DNA of 64,000 nt from an uncultured Alphaproteobacteria bacterium (GTDB lineage: Bacteria > Pseudomonadota > Alphaproteobacteria > Rhizobiales > Xanthobacteraceae), in contig CAWJKJ010000008.1 in NCBI GenBank assembly GCA_963843435.1, positions 5,306 through 69,305 on the forward strand, in the 5' to 3' direction. Position numbers and translations under genes: made by a program. Under the pieces are notes generated by a model. That model had not been told where the DNA came from. It was given only the letters and a program-made list of their open reading frames with translations, and did no database searches. Positions 31,264 through 40,470 of the stretch are shown here, piece after piece (positions within the stretch are counted from its first letter, which is position 1; each line of letters opens with the position of its first letter).

Positions 31264-32292
31264 TCAGTTGGGTGTTGGCGCGCTGGGATCGAGCAGCTTT
31301 TCGCTCTTCAGCTCGCTCCAGAGCTCGACCGGAATCTTCGCCGACAGGCGGGCGATATTCTGCTTCGCCTCAGTGACGCTGAGCGCTCCCGGGATCACCG
31401 AGCACACGGCCGGATGGAACAGCGGAAACTGCATGGCGGCCGCCCCCAGCTCGACGCCGTGGCGCTGGCATATCGCCTCGATCTTCTGTGCCTTCTCGAT
31501 CAGGTGCGCGGGCGCCGCGGCATAGTCATGGGTGGCGCCGGGCTTCACGCCGCCGGTGAGAATGCCGGAGTTGTACGGCCCGCCCAGGATCACCGACACA
31601 TTCCGCTTCACGCATTCCGGCAGGAACGCCGCGAGCCCGCCTTGTTCGAGCAGCGTGTAGCGGCCGGCCAGCAGCATGCAATCGAAGTCGCCGGCCTGGA
31701 TGAAGCGCAGGCTGGTGTCCGCCTCGTTGATGCCGACTCCGATGGCGCCGATGACGCCAGCCTTTCGCAACTCGTCGAGCGCCTTGAACCCTCCGTCCAT
31801 CACCGTCTTGAAGCGCTCTTCGAGGACGGCGCGATCCCCGGTGGTCCAGAAATCGACGTCGTGGATCAGCGCAATGTCGATGCGCGCCAACCCGAGCCTC
31901 AGGTGCGAATGCTCGAGCGAGCGCATGACGCCGTCGTAGGTGTAGTCGAACACCGGCGCAAAGCCCGGCAGTCCGTTGTCGCGAAAATCGGCCGGTGGCT
32001 TCTCGCCAGGCCGCATGGCGTGCATGACGCGGCCGATCTTGGTCGACAGCACGTACTCATCGCGGGGCTTTTCGCGCAGCGCCGCGCCCATGCGCAACTC
32101 GCTGCGGCCATAACCGTAGAACGGCGAGGTATCGAAATAGCGCACGCCGCCTTCATAAGCGGCATCGGTCAGCGCCATCGCCTCAGTGTCGGAGATCGTC
32201 GCGCGAAAACCGCCCATCGGGGCGCCGCCGAGGCCGAGTTCGGTGACTTCGAGCTTCGTGGTGCCGATCTTGCGTCGCTTGAGCGTCGTCAT
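31264..32292 (-). CDS. aldo/keto reductase (aldose/pyridoxal dehydrogenase-like)
   Basis: LGLGGAP, YFDTSPFYG, LSTKIGR, LIHD, LAGRYTLL. Confidence 0.92.
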   Translation of the reverse strand: MTTLKRRKIGTTKLEVTELGLGGAPMGGFRATISDTEAMALTDAAYEGGVRYFDTSPFYGYGRSELRMGAALREKPRDEYVLSTKIGRVMHAMRPGEKPPADFRDNGLPGFAPVFDYTYDGVMRSLEHSHLRLGLARIDIALIHDVDFWTTGDRAVLEERFKTVMDGGFKALDELRKAGVIGAIGVGINEADTSLRFIQAGDFDCMLLAGRYTLLEQGGLAAFLPECVKRNVSVILGGPYNSGILTGGVKPGATHDYAAAPAHLIEKAQKIEAICQRHGVELGAAAMQFPLFHPAVCSVIPGALSVTEAKQNIARLSAKIPVELWSELKSEKLLDPSAPTPN

Positions 32293-32454
32293 TTGGGCCT
32301 CTCGCGCTGGACTTTGGCCCGTCGAGTGTGTCGTTTAACGCCGTCGTCGACAATCGCGAACTTGCGTGAAGTCGCATCCGTCTCAGCGGGATCTCAACGC
32401 GGGCTGCTCATGTGGGCGATGACGCCGGGCGACGGCCGTCGTCACTTGCCGCCT

Positions 32455-34011
32455 TCAGCTGACACTGCGCTCGCGATTTTCCCAGAACGGCTTTCGCAGC
32501 TCGCGCTTGAGAATTTTCCCGGCCCCGGACAGCGGTAGCGGCGTTGCACTAATGTCGACGCTACGCGGGCATTTGTAGCCGGCAACCAGCGTCTTGCAGA
32601 ACTCGATGAGATCGTTCGGCGAGACCTGCATGCCGCTCTTGGTGACCACGATCGCGTGCACCTGCTCGCCCCACCGCTCGTTCGGGATGCCGATCACCGC
32701 GCACTGTGCAACGGCGGGGTGCTGTGCAACAGCGTTTTCGACTTCGACCGAGTAGACGTTCTCGCCGCCGGAAATGATCATGTCCTTGACCCGGTCGACG
32801 ATGTAGACGAATCCGTCCTCATCCATGTAACCGCCATCGCCCGTGTGCATCCAGCCATCGACGATGGCCCGCGCGGTCTCCTCGGTCCGCTCCCAATATC
32901 CCATCATCACGTTGCCGCCGCGGACGACGATTTCGCCCACCGTGCCGTAGGGCACAGGCTTGTCGTTGGTGTCGACGATGCGAACCTCGCAGCCGAGCGT
33001 GGCGCGGCCCGCCGCGCGGTGGCGGCCCTTGGCACGGCCATCGCCGATGTGCTCCTTCCAGTGCAGCACGGTGGCGATCGGCGACAGCTCGGTCATGCCG
33101 TAGGCTTGCGTAAACCGCACGTTCGGCAGCGCCGCCATCGCCCGGCCGAGCACCGCCTCGCTGATCGGAGACGCGCCGTAAACGATGTTCTTCAGCGACG
33201 ACAGGTCGTAGGATTTCAACTCCGGATGATCGACCAGCATCTGGATCATGGTCGGAACGATCAGAACGTCGGTGACACGCTCGTTCTGGACCGCGGCCAT
33301 CATACCCTCGGGCGTGAAGCCCTGAATGATCACGTTCGAACCGCCGCTGAGCAAGAGCGAATACATCGCCGCGCCGTTGGCGAGGTGGAACATTGGGGCT
33401 ACGTGCAGATAGACGGACGTGGCCGGGAACAGGCCCTCACCCAGCGCATTCAGCGCGTTGATCATCAGATTGCCGTGGCTGAGCATGACGCCCTTCGATC
33501 GGCCGGTCGTGCCGCCGGTGTAGAAGACGCCGGCCAGGTCCTCGCTCTTGCGGCCGGCATCGGACATCGGCTCGCTTGCCTCGATCAGATCCTCGAAGCG
33601 CCGCATGCCTTCGGGCGCCTCGCCGTCGTCGGCATAAACCAGCACCAGGCCGGGAATGGCCTTGGCAAGAACCGCTGCTGTAGCCGAAAACGCCTTGTCG
33701 ACGACCAGGACGCTGGCCCTGCAATCACGCAGCGCATCCTCGTTCTCGAGCAGACTCCAGCGGATGTTGAGCGGTACGATCACAGCACCAGCCCACCCCG
33801 TCGCAAGGTAGAGCTCAAGATAGCGTTCCGAGTTGAGTGACAGTATCGCCACGCGATCGCCGGTATCGACGCCGAGCCCGCGAAGCCCTGCGGCAAGGCG
33901 CGACACGCGGTCTCCAACCTCCCGCCAGTTTCGCCGCCGCCCGCCGCAAGTGACGGCATGGCCGTTCGGATTGATCTGCAGCGCACGCCTCAGCCCATGG
34001 GTAATGTTCAT
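32455..34011 (-). CDS. long-chain fatty acid-CoA ligase
   Basis: YTGGTTGRSKG, YGMTE, TGD, DRVKDMIISGGENV, GKILK. Confidence 0.95.
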   Translation of the reverse strand: MNITHGLRRALQINPNGHAVTCGGRRRNWREVGDRVSRLAAGLRGLGVDTGDRVAILSLNSERYLELYLATGWAGAVIVPLNIRWSLLENEDALRDCRASVLVVDKAFSATAAVLAKAIPGLVLVYADDGEAPEGMRRFEDLIEASEPMSDAGRKSEDLAGVFYTGGTTGRSKGVMLSHGNLMINALNALGEGLFPATSVYLHVAPMFHLANGAAMYSLLLSGGSNVIIQGFTPEGMMAAVQNERVTDVLIVPTMIQMLVDHPELKSYDLSSLKNIVYGASPISEAVLGRAMAALPNVRFTQAYGMTELSPIATVLHWKEHIGDGRAKGRHRAAGRATLGCEVRIVDTNDKPVPYGTVGEIVVRGGNVMMGYWERTEETARAIVDGWMHTGDGGYMDEDGFVYIVDRVKDMIISGGENVYSVEVENAVAQHPAVAQCAVIGIPNERWGEQVHAIVVTKSGMQVSPNDLIEFCKTLVAGYKCPRSVDISATPLPLSGAGKILKRELRKPFWENRERSVS

Positions 34012-34703
34012 CGCTTCCCTCCAGACGCTCGTTTGGTTTTGCCGGGCGCTGCTTGCGCTCTTCTTCTCATCGGTCCCTTCGCGAGACCCTCGGTCAGCCG
34101 AATGGCAAATTCAGTCGCGACTGCCTCCGCCGACAGCTTGCCGTTGCGCTGATACCAGTGACCGATCCAGTTAAGCGAACCGGCGATGGCGAACGCCGAA
34201 AGCTTGACATCGCAGGGCTTGATCGAGCCGTCGGCGATGCCGGCGCTGATGTAGCTGCGGAAGGTCCCGTCGATGCTCTTCTTCGCGGCGCGCACGATCC
34301 TGCTGTTCTTGTCAGTCAGGTCGCGCAGATCGAACCGCACCAGACTGGCGCCAAAGTCCGTTGCCATGATCTTCGCATAGGCGTGCACCAGCTTGCGTAG
34401 GCGCATCAGGCCGCTTCCGCCGGCATCTTCGATCTCGGCGATGAGTTCACCGACACGCTCGTGTCCCAACGCCCAGCATTCGAACAGGATGTCGTCCTTG
34501 CTGCGAAAGTAGTTGTAGAGCGCCGGCTTGGTGATGTGCAGCCGCTCGGCGACCTCGTTCAGGGTCGCACGATGATAACCCTGCTCCAGGAACAGCTGCA
34601 CCGCGGTCCGCAGCACCGCCTCACGCTTTTCGTCGCGCGCGCGGCGGCGGCTTTCGAACGGCATCCATGGCGACTGGTCGGCGGCAGGCGTTCGAGCGTC
34701 CAT
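34008..34703 (-). CDS. TetR-family regulator
   Basis: LFLEQGYHRATLNEVAERLHITKPALYNYFRSKDDIL; ATGA overlap with the ligase. Confidence 0.94.
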   Translation of the reverse strand: MDARTPAADQSPWMPFESRRRARDEKREAVLRTAVQLFLEQGYHRATLNEVAERLHITKPALYNYFRSKDDILFECWALGHERVGELIAEIEDAGGSGLMRLRKLVHAYAKIMATDFGASLVRFDLRDLTDKNSRIVRAAKKSIDGTFRSYISAGIADGSIKPCDVKLSAFAIAGSLNWIGHWYQRNGKLSAEAVATEFAIRLTEGLAKGPMRRRAQAAPGKTKRASGGKR

Positions 34704-34726
34704 TGACGGATTCCGCTTCTGGCCGA

Positions 34727-34765
34727 TTGACGGATCGGTGATCGCTATATATTACCCATGGGTAA
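34727..34765 (+). promoter_or_regulatory. promoter with perfect 14-bp palindrome TTACCCATGGGTAA (TetR operator candidate)
   Basis: TTGACG at 34727, AT-rich -10 at ~34746-34755, palindrome at 34752-34765. Confidence 0.7.
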
Positions 34766-34805
34766 CTAGAAGTCCAGCGGGTCATTTTCTGTGGGAGGAA
34801 ACAGC

Positions 34806-35991
34806 ATGACTTCTCGCGCGTATGTTGCCGGCGTCGGCATGATCCCGTTCGTGAAACCCGGGGCCAACGCGCCATACCATGTGATGGGTGCTGAAGCTGC
34901 GAAGCTCGCCCTGACTGACGCGGGCCTTGACTACGGCCTGATCCAGCAGGCTTACGTCGGCTACGTCTATGGCGACTCGACCTGCGGGCAGCGGGCGCTC
35001 TATCCGGTCGGCATGACCGGCATTCCGGTCATCAACGTCAACAACAACTGCTCGACCGGCTCGACCGCGCTGTTCCTCGCGCGCCAGGCAATTGAATCGG
35101 GAGCCGCCGATTGCGTGCTGGCGCTGGGTTTTGAGCAGATGAAGCCGGGCGCGCTGGGTGCGGTGTTCACCGACCGTCCGAGCGCCTTCGACGATTTCGA
35201 CGCGGCCGCGAACAAGCTCGTCGATGCCCCCGGCATTCCCCTGGCGCTGCGCTATTTCGGCGGCGCCGGCCTGAGCCACATGCAGAAATACGGCACGCCG
35301 CTTGCGGCCTTCGCCCAAGTCCGCGCCAAGGCGAGCCGGCACGCCGTGAACAATCCGCTCGCACTGTTCCGCAAGGAGCTCACGACCGAGGACGTGATGA
35401 ACGACCAGATGATCTGGCCCGGCGTCATGACGCGGCTGATGGCGTGCGCGCCAACGTGCGGCGGCGCGGCCGCGGTGCTGGTTTCGGAGAAATTTGCCAG
35501 CCAGCACGGGCTGGACAAGCGCGTACGGATCGCCGCGCAGGCGATGACCACGGACACGGCATCGACACTTCGACTCCGGCGACATGATGAAGGTGGTCGG
35601 CCTCGACATGGCGCGCGCCGCCGCCGATCGCGTCTATGAAGCCGCCGGCATCGGGCCCGACGATCTCGACGTCGTCGAGCTTCACGACTGCTTCGCGCAC
35701 AACGAGCTGATCACCTATGAGGGGCTCGGACTGTGCCCTGAGGGTGGCGCCGACCGCTTCATCAGCGACGGCGACAACACCTACGGCGGCAAAATCGTGA
35801 CCAATCCGTCCGGCGGCCTCCTGTCGAAAGGGCATCCGCTCGGCGCTACCGGCCTTGCCCAATGCTACGAGCTGACGCGGCAGCTGCGCGGCACGGCCGC
35901 GGCAACCCAGGTCGACGGTGCGAGGCTGGCGCTGCAGCACAATCTCGGCCTCGGCGGCGCCTGTGTGGTCACCCTTTACGAGCGCGCGTGA
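34806..35991 (+). CDS. SCP2-type thiolase (lipid-transfer protein; frameshift near 35575)
   Basis: [27 protein letters not shown]. Confidence 0.93.
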
Positions 35992-36000
35992 GGTTCGGCC

Positions 36001-36456
36001 ATGGTCGATCAGTCCGCGGTCGGGCGCAGCTTTACGCCCGTCACCGCACGAGTTGAGCCCGGGCGCCTGCGCTATTTCTTCGACACGGTCGGCGAGCAGA
36101 ATCCCGTTTACAGAAGCGAGCAAGCCACGCGCGCCGAGGGCTATTCGGCGACGCCGATCCCGCCGACCTACCTGTTTTGCCTCGAGATGATGGATGCCGC
36201 CGAGCCGTTCGAGTTTCTGACGGCGCTCGGTATCGATCTCGCCCGCGTGCTGCACGGCGAGCAGAAGTTCACCTATCACGCGCCCGTGGTCGTCGGCGAT
36301 ACCCTGACATTCGCGCCCCGCGTCACGGCCGTCACCGACAAGAAGGGTGGCGCCATGACGCTGGTCGCCATCGAGACCGCGGTGATGAACCAGCACGGCA
36401 CACATGTCGCCGACGCGGTCCGCACCATAGTCGTGCTGAATCGAGGCGCCCCATGA
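36001..36456 (+). CDS. MaoC-like hot-dog protein, non-catalytic (N-terminal type) subunit
   Basis: VEPGRLRYF, NPVY, PPTY, LHGEQKFTYHAP. Confidence 0.9.
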   Translation: MVDQSAVGRSFTPVTARVEPGRLRYFFDTVGEQNPVYRSEQATRAEGYSATPIPPTYLFCLEMMDAAEPFEFLTALGIDLARVLHGEQKFTYHAPVVVGDTLTFAPRVTAVTDKKGGAMTLVAIETAVMNQHGTHVADAVRTIVVLNRGAP

Positions 36457-36869
36457 GCGAGGCGGCAAATCGTCGTCCGGCGATCGGCGAACGTATCGTC
36501 CACAAGCAGTTCCCGCCGATTTCGCGTCACACGCTCGCGCTCTATTGCGGCGCGTCGGGCGACCACAATCCGATGCATGTCGATCTCGACTTCGCCAAGG
36601 CGGCGGGATTTCCGGACGTGTTCGCCCACGGCATGCTGGTGATGGCCTATCTCGGCCAGGCACTCACCGATGTGGTGCGCCCCTCCAGCATCCGCTCCTT
36701 CTCGACACGATTTGCGGCGATCACACAGCTTGGCGCGCGCCTGACCTGCGAAGGCCATGTCGCGGAGCTGATCGAGGACGGCAGCGAAAGGCGCGTCAGG
36801 CTTGCGCTGACCGCGAAGGATGAAAGCGGCGAGGTCAAGCTGATGGGCGAAGCGATCGTCGCACTTTAA
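36453..36869 (+). CDS. MaoC (R)-specific enoyl-CoA hydratase, catalytic subunit
   Basis: Hydratase-2 motif YCGASGDHNPMH, AHGML. Confidence 0.92.
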   Translation: MSEAANRRPAIGERIVHKQFPPISRHTLALYCGASGDHNPMHVDLDFAKAAGFPDVFAHGMLVMAYLGQALTDVVRPSSIRSFSTRFAAITQLGARLTCEGHVAELIEDGSERRVRLALTAKDESGEVKLMGEAIVAL

Positions 36870-36882
36870 TCAAGGATAGGTC

Positions 36883-37709
36883 ATGACCAAGCTCACGGGC
36901 AAAGTTGCGCTGATCACCGGATCCGGGCGAGGCATCGGCCGCGCAATCGCGCTGAAACTCGCGCGCGAGGGGGCGAAGGTCGTGGTCAACGATCTCGATT
37001 CGGCGCCCGGCGACGCGGTCGTCGCGGAAATCAAAGCCGCCGGTGGCGAGGCGATCGCCGTCAACGGCAGCGTTTCGGAGACGGGATTTGCCGATCGTCT
37101 CGTTGGTGCGGCGATGGAAACGTTCGGCGGCATCGACATCATCGTCAACAATGCCGGTTACACGTGGGATTCGACGATCCAGAAGATGACGGATGAGCAG
37201 TTCCAGGCGATGCTCGACGTACACTTGGTCGCACCGTTCCGCATCCTGCGCGCGGCCGCCGAGCCGATCCGGATCCTGGCCAGGAGGGAAGCCGAGCAAG
37301 GCCGCGAGGTATTCCGCAAGGTGGTCAACATCTCGTCGATCGCCGGACTTATGGCAACGCGGGGCAGGCAAGCTACGCCTCGGCGAAGGCGTCGCTGGTC
37401 GGCCTGACGCGCACGCTGTGCAAGGAGTGGGGGCGCTACAAGGTCAACGTCAATTGCGTGGCATTCGGCCTGATCAACACCCGCCTCACCCAGCCGATCG
37501 AGGCCCAGCAGAAGACCATCGACGTCGCGGGACGAGACATCAAGGTCGGCGTGCAACCGCAGATGCTCGACGCCATGGCGCGCATGATCCCGCTCGGCCG
37601 CGGCGGCACGCCGGAAGAGGCCGCCGACGCGGTCTATCTGTTCTGCAGTCCGGAATCGAACTACATCAGCGGCCAGGTGGTCGTCTGCGGCGGCGGCCTC
37701 ATCATCTGA
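36883..37709 (+). CDS. SDR oxidoreductase, FabG-like (frameshift near 37350)
   Basis: TGSGRGIG, NNAG, NISS, Y(ASA)K after the shift, NVNCVAFG. Confidence 0.92.
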
Positions 37710-37726
37710 GGTGATGTGGGGAGAGA

Positions 37727-37803
37727 TGGTAGCGGGAGAGGGACTCGAACCCCCGACCCCAGGATTATGATTCCCGTGCTCTAACCAGCTGAGCTACCCC
37801 GCC
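37727..37803 (-). tRNA. tRNA-Met (CAT), elongator type
   Basis: GGCGGGGTAGCTCAGCTGGTTAGAGCACGGGAATCATAATCCTGGGGTCGGGGGTTCGAGTCCCTCTCCCGCTACCA; 77 nt, encoded CCA, G1-C72 pair. Confidence 0.95.
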
Positions 37804-37859
37804 AAACGTTCGCCTCGACATGTCGAGCACCGCGCGGGCGCGGTCAGCGAACGGCCGGC

Positions 37860-37888
37860 ATATAAGGAGCGGGGCAAATGCCTGTCAA
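37860..37888 (-). promoter_or_regulatory. sigma70 promoter of the tRNA
   Basis: Minus strand TTGACA-N17-TTATAT. Confidence 0.75.
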
Positions 37889-37920
37889 GCAAAGGAAACC
37901 TGCGGATTTTCCCGTTTGCC

Positions 37921-37965
37921 GCATTTTCCGCGGCGAACCGGTGTCCACGTCGCCGGAAAATGCTC
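37921..37965. repeat. Rhizobiales-type short palindromic element
   Basis: gcattttccg-cggcgaaccggtgtccacgtcgc-cggaaaatgc; same architecture as the element at 50055. Confidence 0.65.
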
Positions 37966-37971
37966 GGCGCC

Positions 37972-38315
37972 CTATTTCGGCCGCAGGCTCGGATCGCCGC
38001 CGGGGCTGCCGGGCGGCGGAAGCACCGGCGTTCGCCCTCCGTCGGGCGCGTCCTTGTGCATCTGCGGATCGATGTTGGACGGCGGGCACATGACGCCGTC
38101 GGATTGCGCCAATCTGTCGCTCAAGGGCTCGCGCGATTGTCCGGTGGTCTGCCCGGCGGGGCGCCCTTCCCTTGCTCCGCTGCATTCGGCGGCTGAACCG
38201 GCGCGCATCGCACCGTGGCCTGTGACGACGGCGCCGGCTGCGGATTCGTCGGCGGCGCCTGCGCGTGCGCCGAGGCCGCCGTGAACAAGAGAAGTGTGAT
38301 CGCGTGCGCTCTCAT
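37972..38315 (-). CDS. small exported Pro-rich hypothetical protein (frameshift near 38160)
   Basis: Signal peptide MRAHAITLLLFTAASAHAQ; C-terminus LSDRLAQSDGVMCPPSNIDP...PPPGSPGGDPSLRPK. Confidence 0.7.
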
Positions 38316-38323
38316 GCCTTGAG

Positions 38324-38348
38324 AACGAACGGCGGAAGCTCCGGTTCC
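38324..38348 (-). promoter_or_regulatory. EcfG (general stress sigma) type promoter
   Basis: Minus strand GGAAC-N16-CGTT ending 8 nt before the ATG at 38315. Confidence 0.7.
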
Positions 38349-38362
38349 CGCAGAAACGGCGA

Positions 38363-39003
38363 TTAGTGCTTGCGGTAACGGATCAGCGAGAAATGCCCGA
38401 GCGGCGGCATCGGCGTGCGCTCGACCATCGTCACGCCGCCGTGACGCTTCTCCCAGTTCACCAGCCGTTCCCAGGGAAACTCCGGCCGCCAGCCGAGCCG
38501 GCGCGCAACCGGCGCGAACGCCGCCTCGGCCAGCTTGCGCGGACCGCTCTCGGCGCCGATGTGGTTGACGAGGATCGAGTTCGCCGCCGGGCTTCAGCAC
38601 GCGGATGAAATCGTCGAGCGTGCGCTTCCGGATCCGGCACCGTGGTGATGACGTATTGCGCGACCACCGCGTCGAACGAGTTGTCGGCGAAGGCGAGGAT
38701 CTTCGCGTCCATCACCGCCAGCGTCTCGACGTTGGTGAGGTTCTGCGCCTTCACCCGCTCCTGCGCCTTGCGCAGCATCGGCTCCGACAGGTCGACGCCG
38801 CACAGCCGCGTGGTCGGCGCATAGTCGGACAGCGACAGGCCGGTGCCGACGCCGACATCGAGCACGCGCCCGCCGAGCCGGTCGGCGGCCGCGATCGACG
38901 CGCGCCGCCCCTTCTCGAACACCGCGCCGAACACCAGATCGTAGATCGGCGCCCAGCGCGCGTAAGCCTTCGCGACGCCGTCGCGATCGATATCGTTGCC
39001 CAT
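38363..39003 (-). CDS. pmtA: phospholipid N-methyltransferase (class I SAM; frameshifted)
   Basis: [40 protein letters not shown]; lies directly downstream of mnmA; paralog name (pmtA vs pmtX) uncertain. Confidence 0.8.
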
Positions 39004-39028
39004 CCCCAGCCCCGATGAAACCGTATCT

Positions 39029-40212
39029 TCAGGCGCGCGACGCCGCGAGCGGCTGCGCGATCCTTGTCGATGCGATCGAGCATCGGCACGGTGCGCGCGA
39101 TGAAGCCGCCGCCGAGCACGCGCGCCTGCCCGGCCGGCGCATCGTAGAACACGCAGGCCTGACCGGGCGACACGCCCTCCTCGCCGTCGATCAGCTCGAC
39201 CTCGCAAACGCCATCGGCCGACCGCAGCCAGGCCGGCTGCGCCGGACGCGTGGAGCGCACCTTGACGAACACCTCGCGGCGATCGTCGCCGCGCGGCAAC
39301 GCACCGTCGCCGATCCAGTTCACCTCGCGCAGCGTGATGCTGCGCGTGCGCAGCGCCTCGCGCGGGCCGACCACGACACGCCGCGTCGTTCGCATCGAGC
39401 CGCACCACATAGAGCGGCTCGGCCGCAGCGATGCCGAGCCCGCGCCGCTGGCCGACCGTGAAGTGCACGATGCCGTCGTGCCGTCCGAGCACGCGGCCGT
39501 CGAGATCGACGATCTCGCCGGGCTCGACCGCATGCGGCTTCAGCCGCTCGATCACGTCGGTGTAGCGGCCGGTCGGCACGAAGCAGATGTCCTGGCTGTC
39601 GTGCTTGTCGGCGACGGACAGGCCGAAGCGGCGCGCGAGCTCGCGCGTCTCGGCCTTGGTCATGTCGCCGAGCGGAAAGCGGACGTCGGCGAGCTGCTCG
39701 CCCGTGGTCGCAAACAGGAAGTAGCTCTGGTCGCGGTCGGCATCCTTCGCGCAATGCAGCGCGCGCGAGCCGTCGGCGAGCGCGCGCGATGCGACATAGT
39801 GGCCGGTGGCCAGCACGCGCGCGCCGAGCTGCCGCGCGGTCGCCAGCAGCTGATCGAACTTGATCGAGCGGTTGCACTCGATGCACGGCACCGGCGTCTC
39901 GCCCGCGGCATAGCTGTCGGCGAAACGCTCGATCACCGCCTCGCGAAAGCGATCCTCGTAGTCGAGCACATAGTGCGGAATGCCGATGCGCTCGGCGACC
40001 AGGCGCGCGTCGTAGATGTCCTGCCCGGCGCAGCACGCGCCCTTGCGGTGGGTCGCCGCGCCATGGTCGTAAAGCTGCAGCGTGACGCCGACCACGTCAT
40101 AGCCCTCGGCCTTCAGCAGCGCCGCGGTGGTGGAGGAATCCACGCCGCCCGACATCGCGACGACGACGCGGGTGTCTTGCGGGCGGCCTTCGAGGTCGAG
40201 GCTGTTGAGCAT
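39029..40212 (-). CDS. mnmA: tRNA 2-thiouridylase (frameshifted near 39390; 3' end approximate)
   Basis: [50 protein letters not shown]. Confidence 0.96.
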
Positions 40213-40305
40213 GGGTCCGGCTGGCTGAGGGGGTCGAAAAAGGCCGCTCACGGCGGCCCCGTCTCGTACTTATAGCCGCCGCGGCGGCCGCGCAATCATG
40301 CAGCA

Positions 40306-40428
40306 CGGCGAAACGGCCGCGTCGGGCAATTCTTGCCGCCTGGGCAAAACGAGCCGCTGGAACAACCGCTTTCGCGACGACCCAAGCCATTGAAATTAAT
40401 ACATTTTATCAATGGCCCGCTCCTTGCT
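40306..40428 (+). promoter_or_regulatory. sigma54 promoter of fliK-flgD with AT-rich IHF-like tract and ftr-like (FlbD) enhancers
   Basis: TGGC-ccgctcc-TTGCT at 40413-40428; AT tract at 40390-40412; CGGCGAAACGGCCG and GGGCAATTCTTGCCG about 80-110 bp upstream. Confidence 0.7.
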
Positions 40429-40470
40429 GATCAACAGGCAGGTCCCTCTATAGAGTGTACGAGGCGAGCA

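Noticed and set aside
37727-37803. tRNA-fMet or tRNA-Ile2 identity for the CAT tRNA
   Set aside because: The G1-C72 pair and lack of three consecutive G-C pairs closing the anticodon stem argue against initiator; the sequence fits elongator Met better than Ile2, though tRNAscan-SE should confirm
38458-40251. Apparent 597-aa MnmA-phospholipid methyltransferase fusion ORF
   Set aside because: The middle of the ORF is out-of-frame nonsense while the real MnmA C-terminus lies in another frame (38751-39533); chance read-through caused by indels
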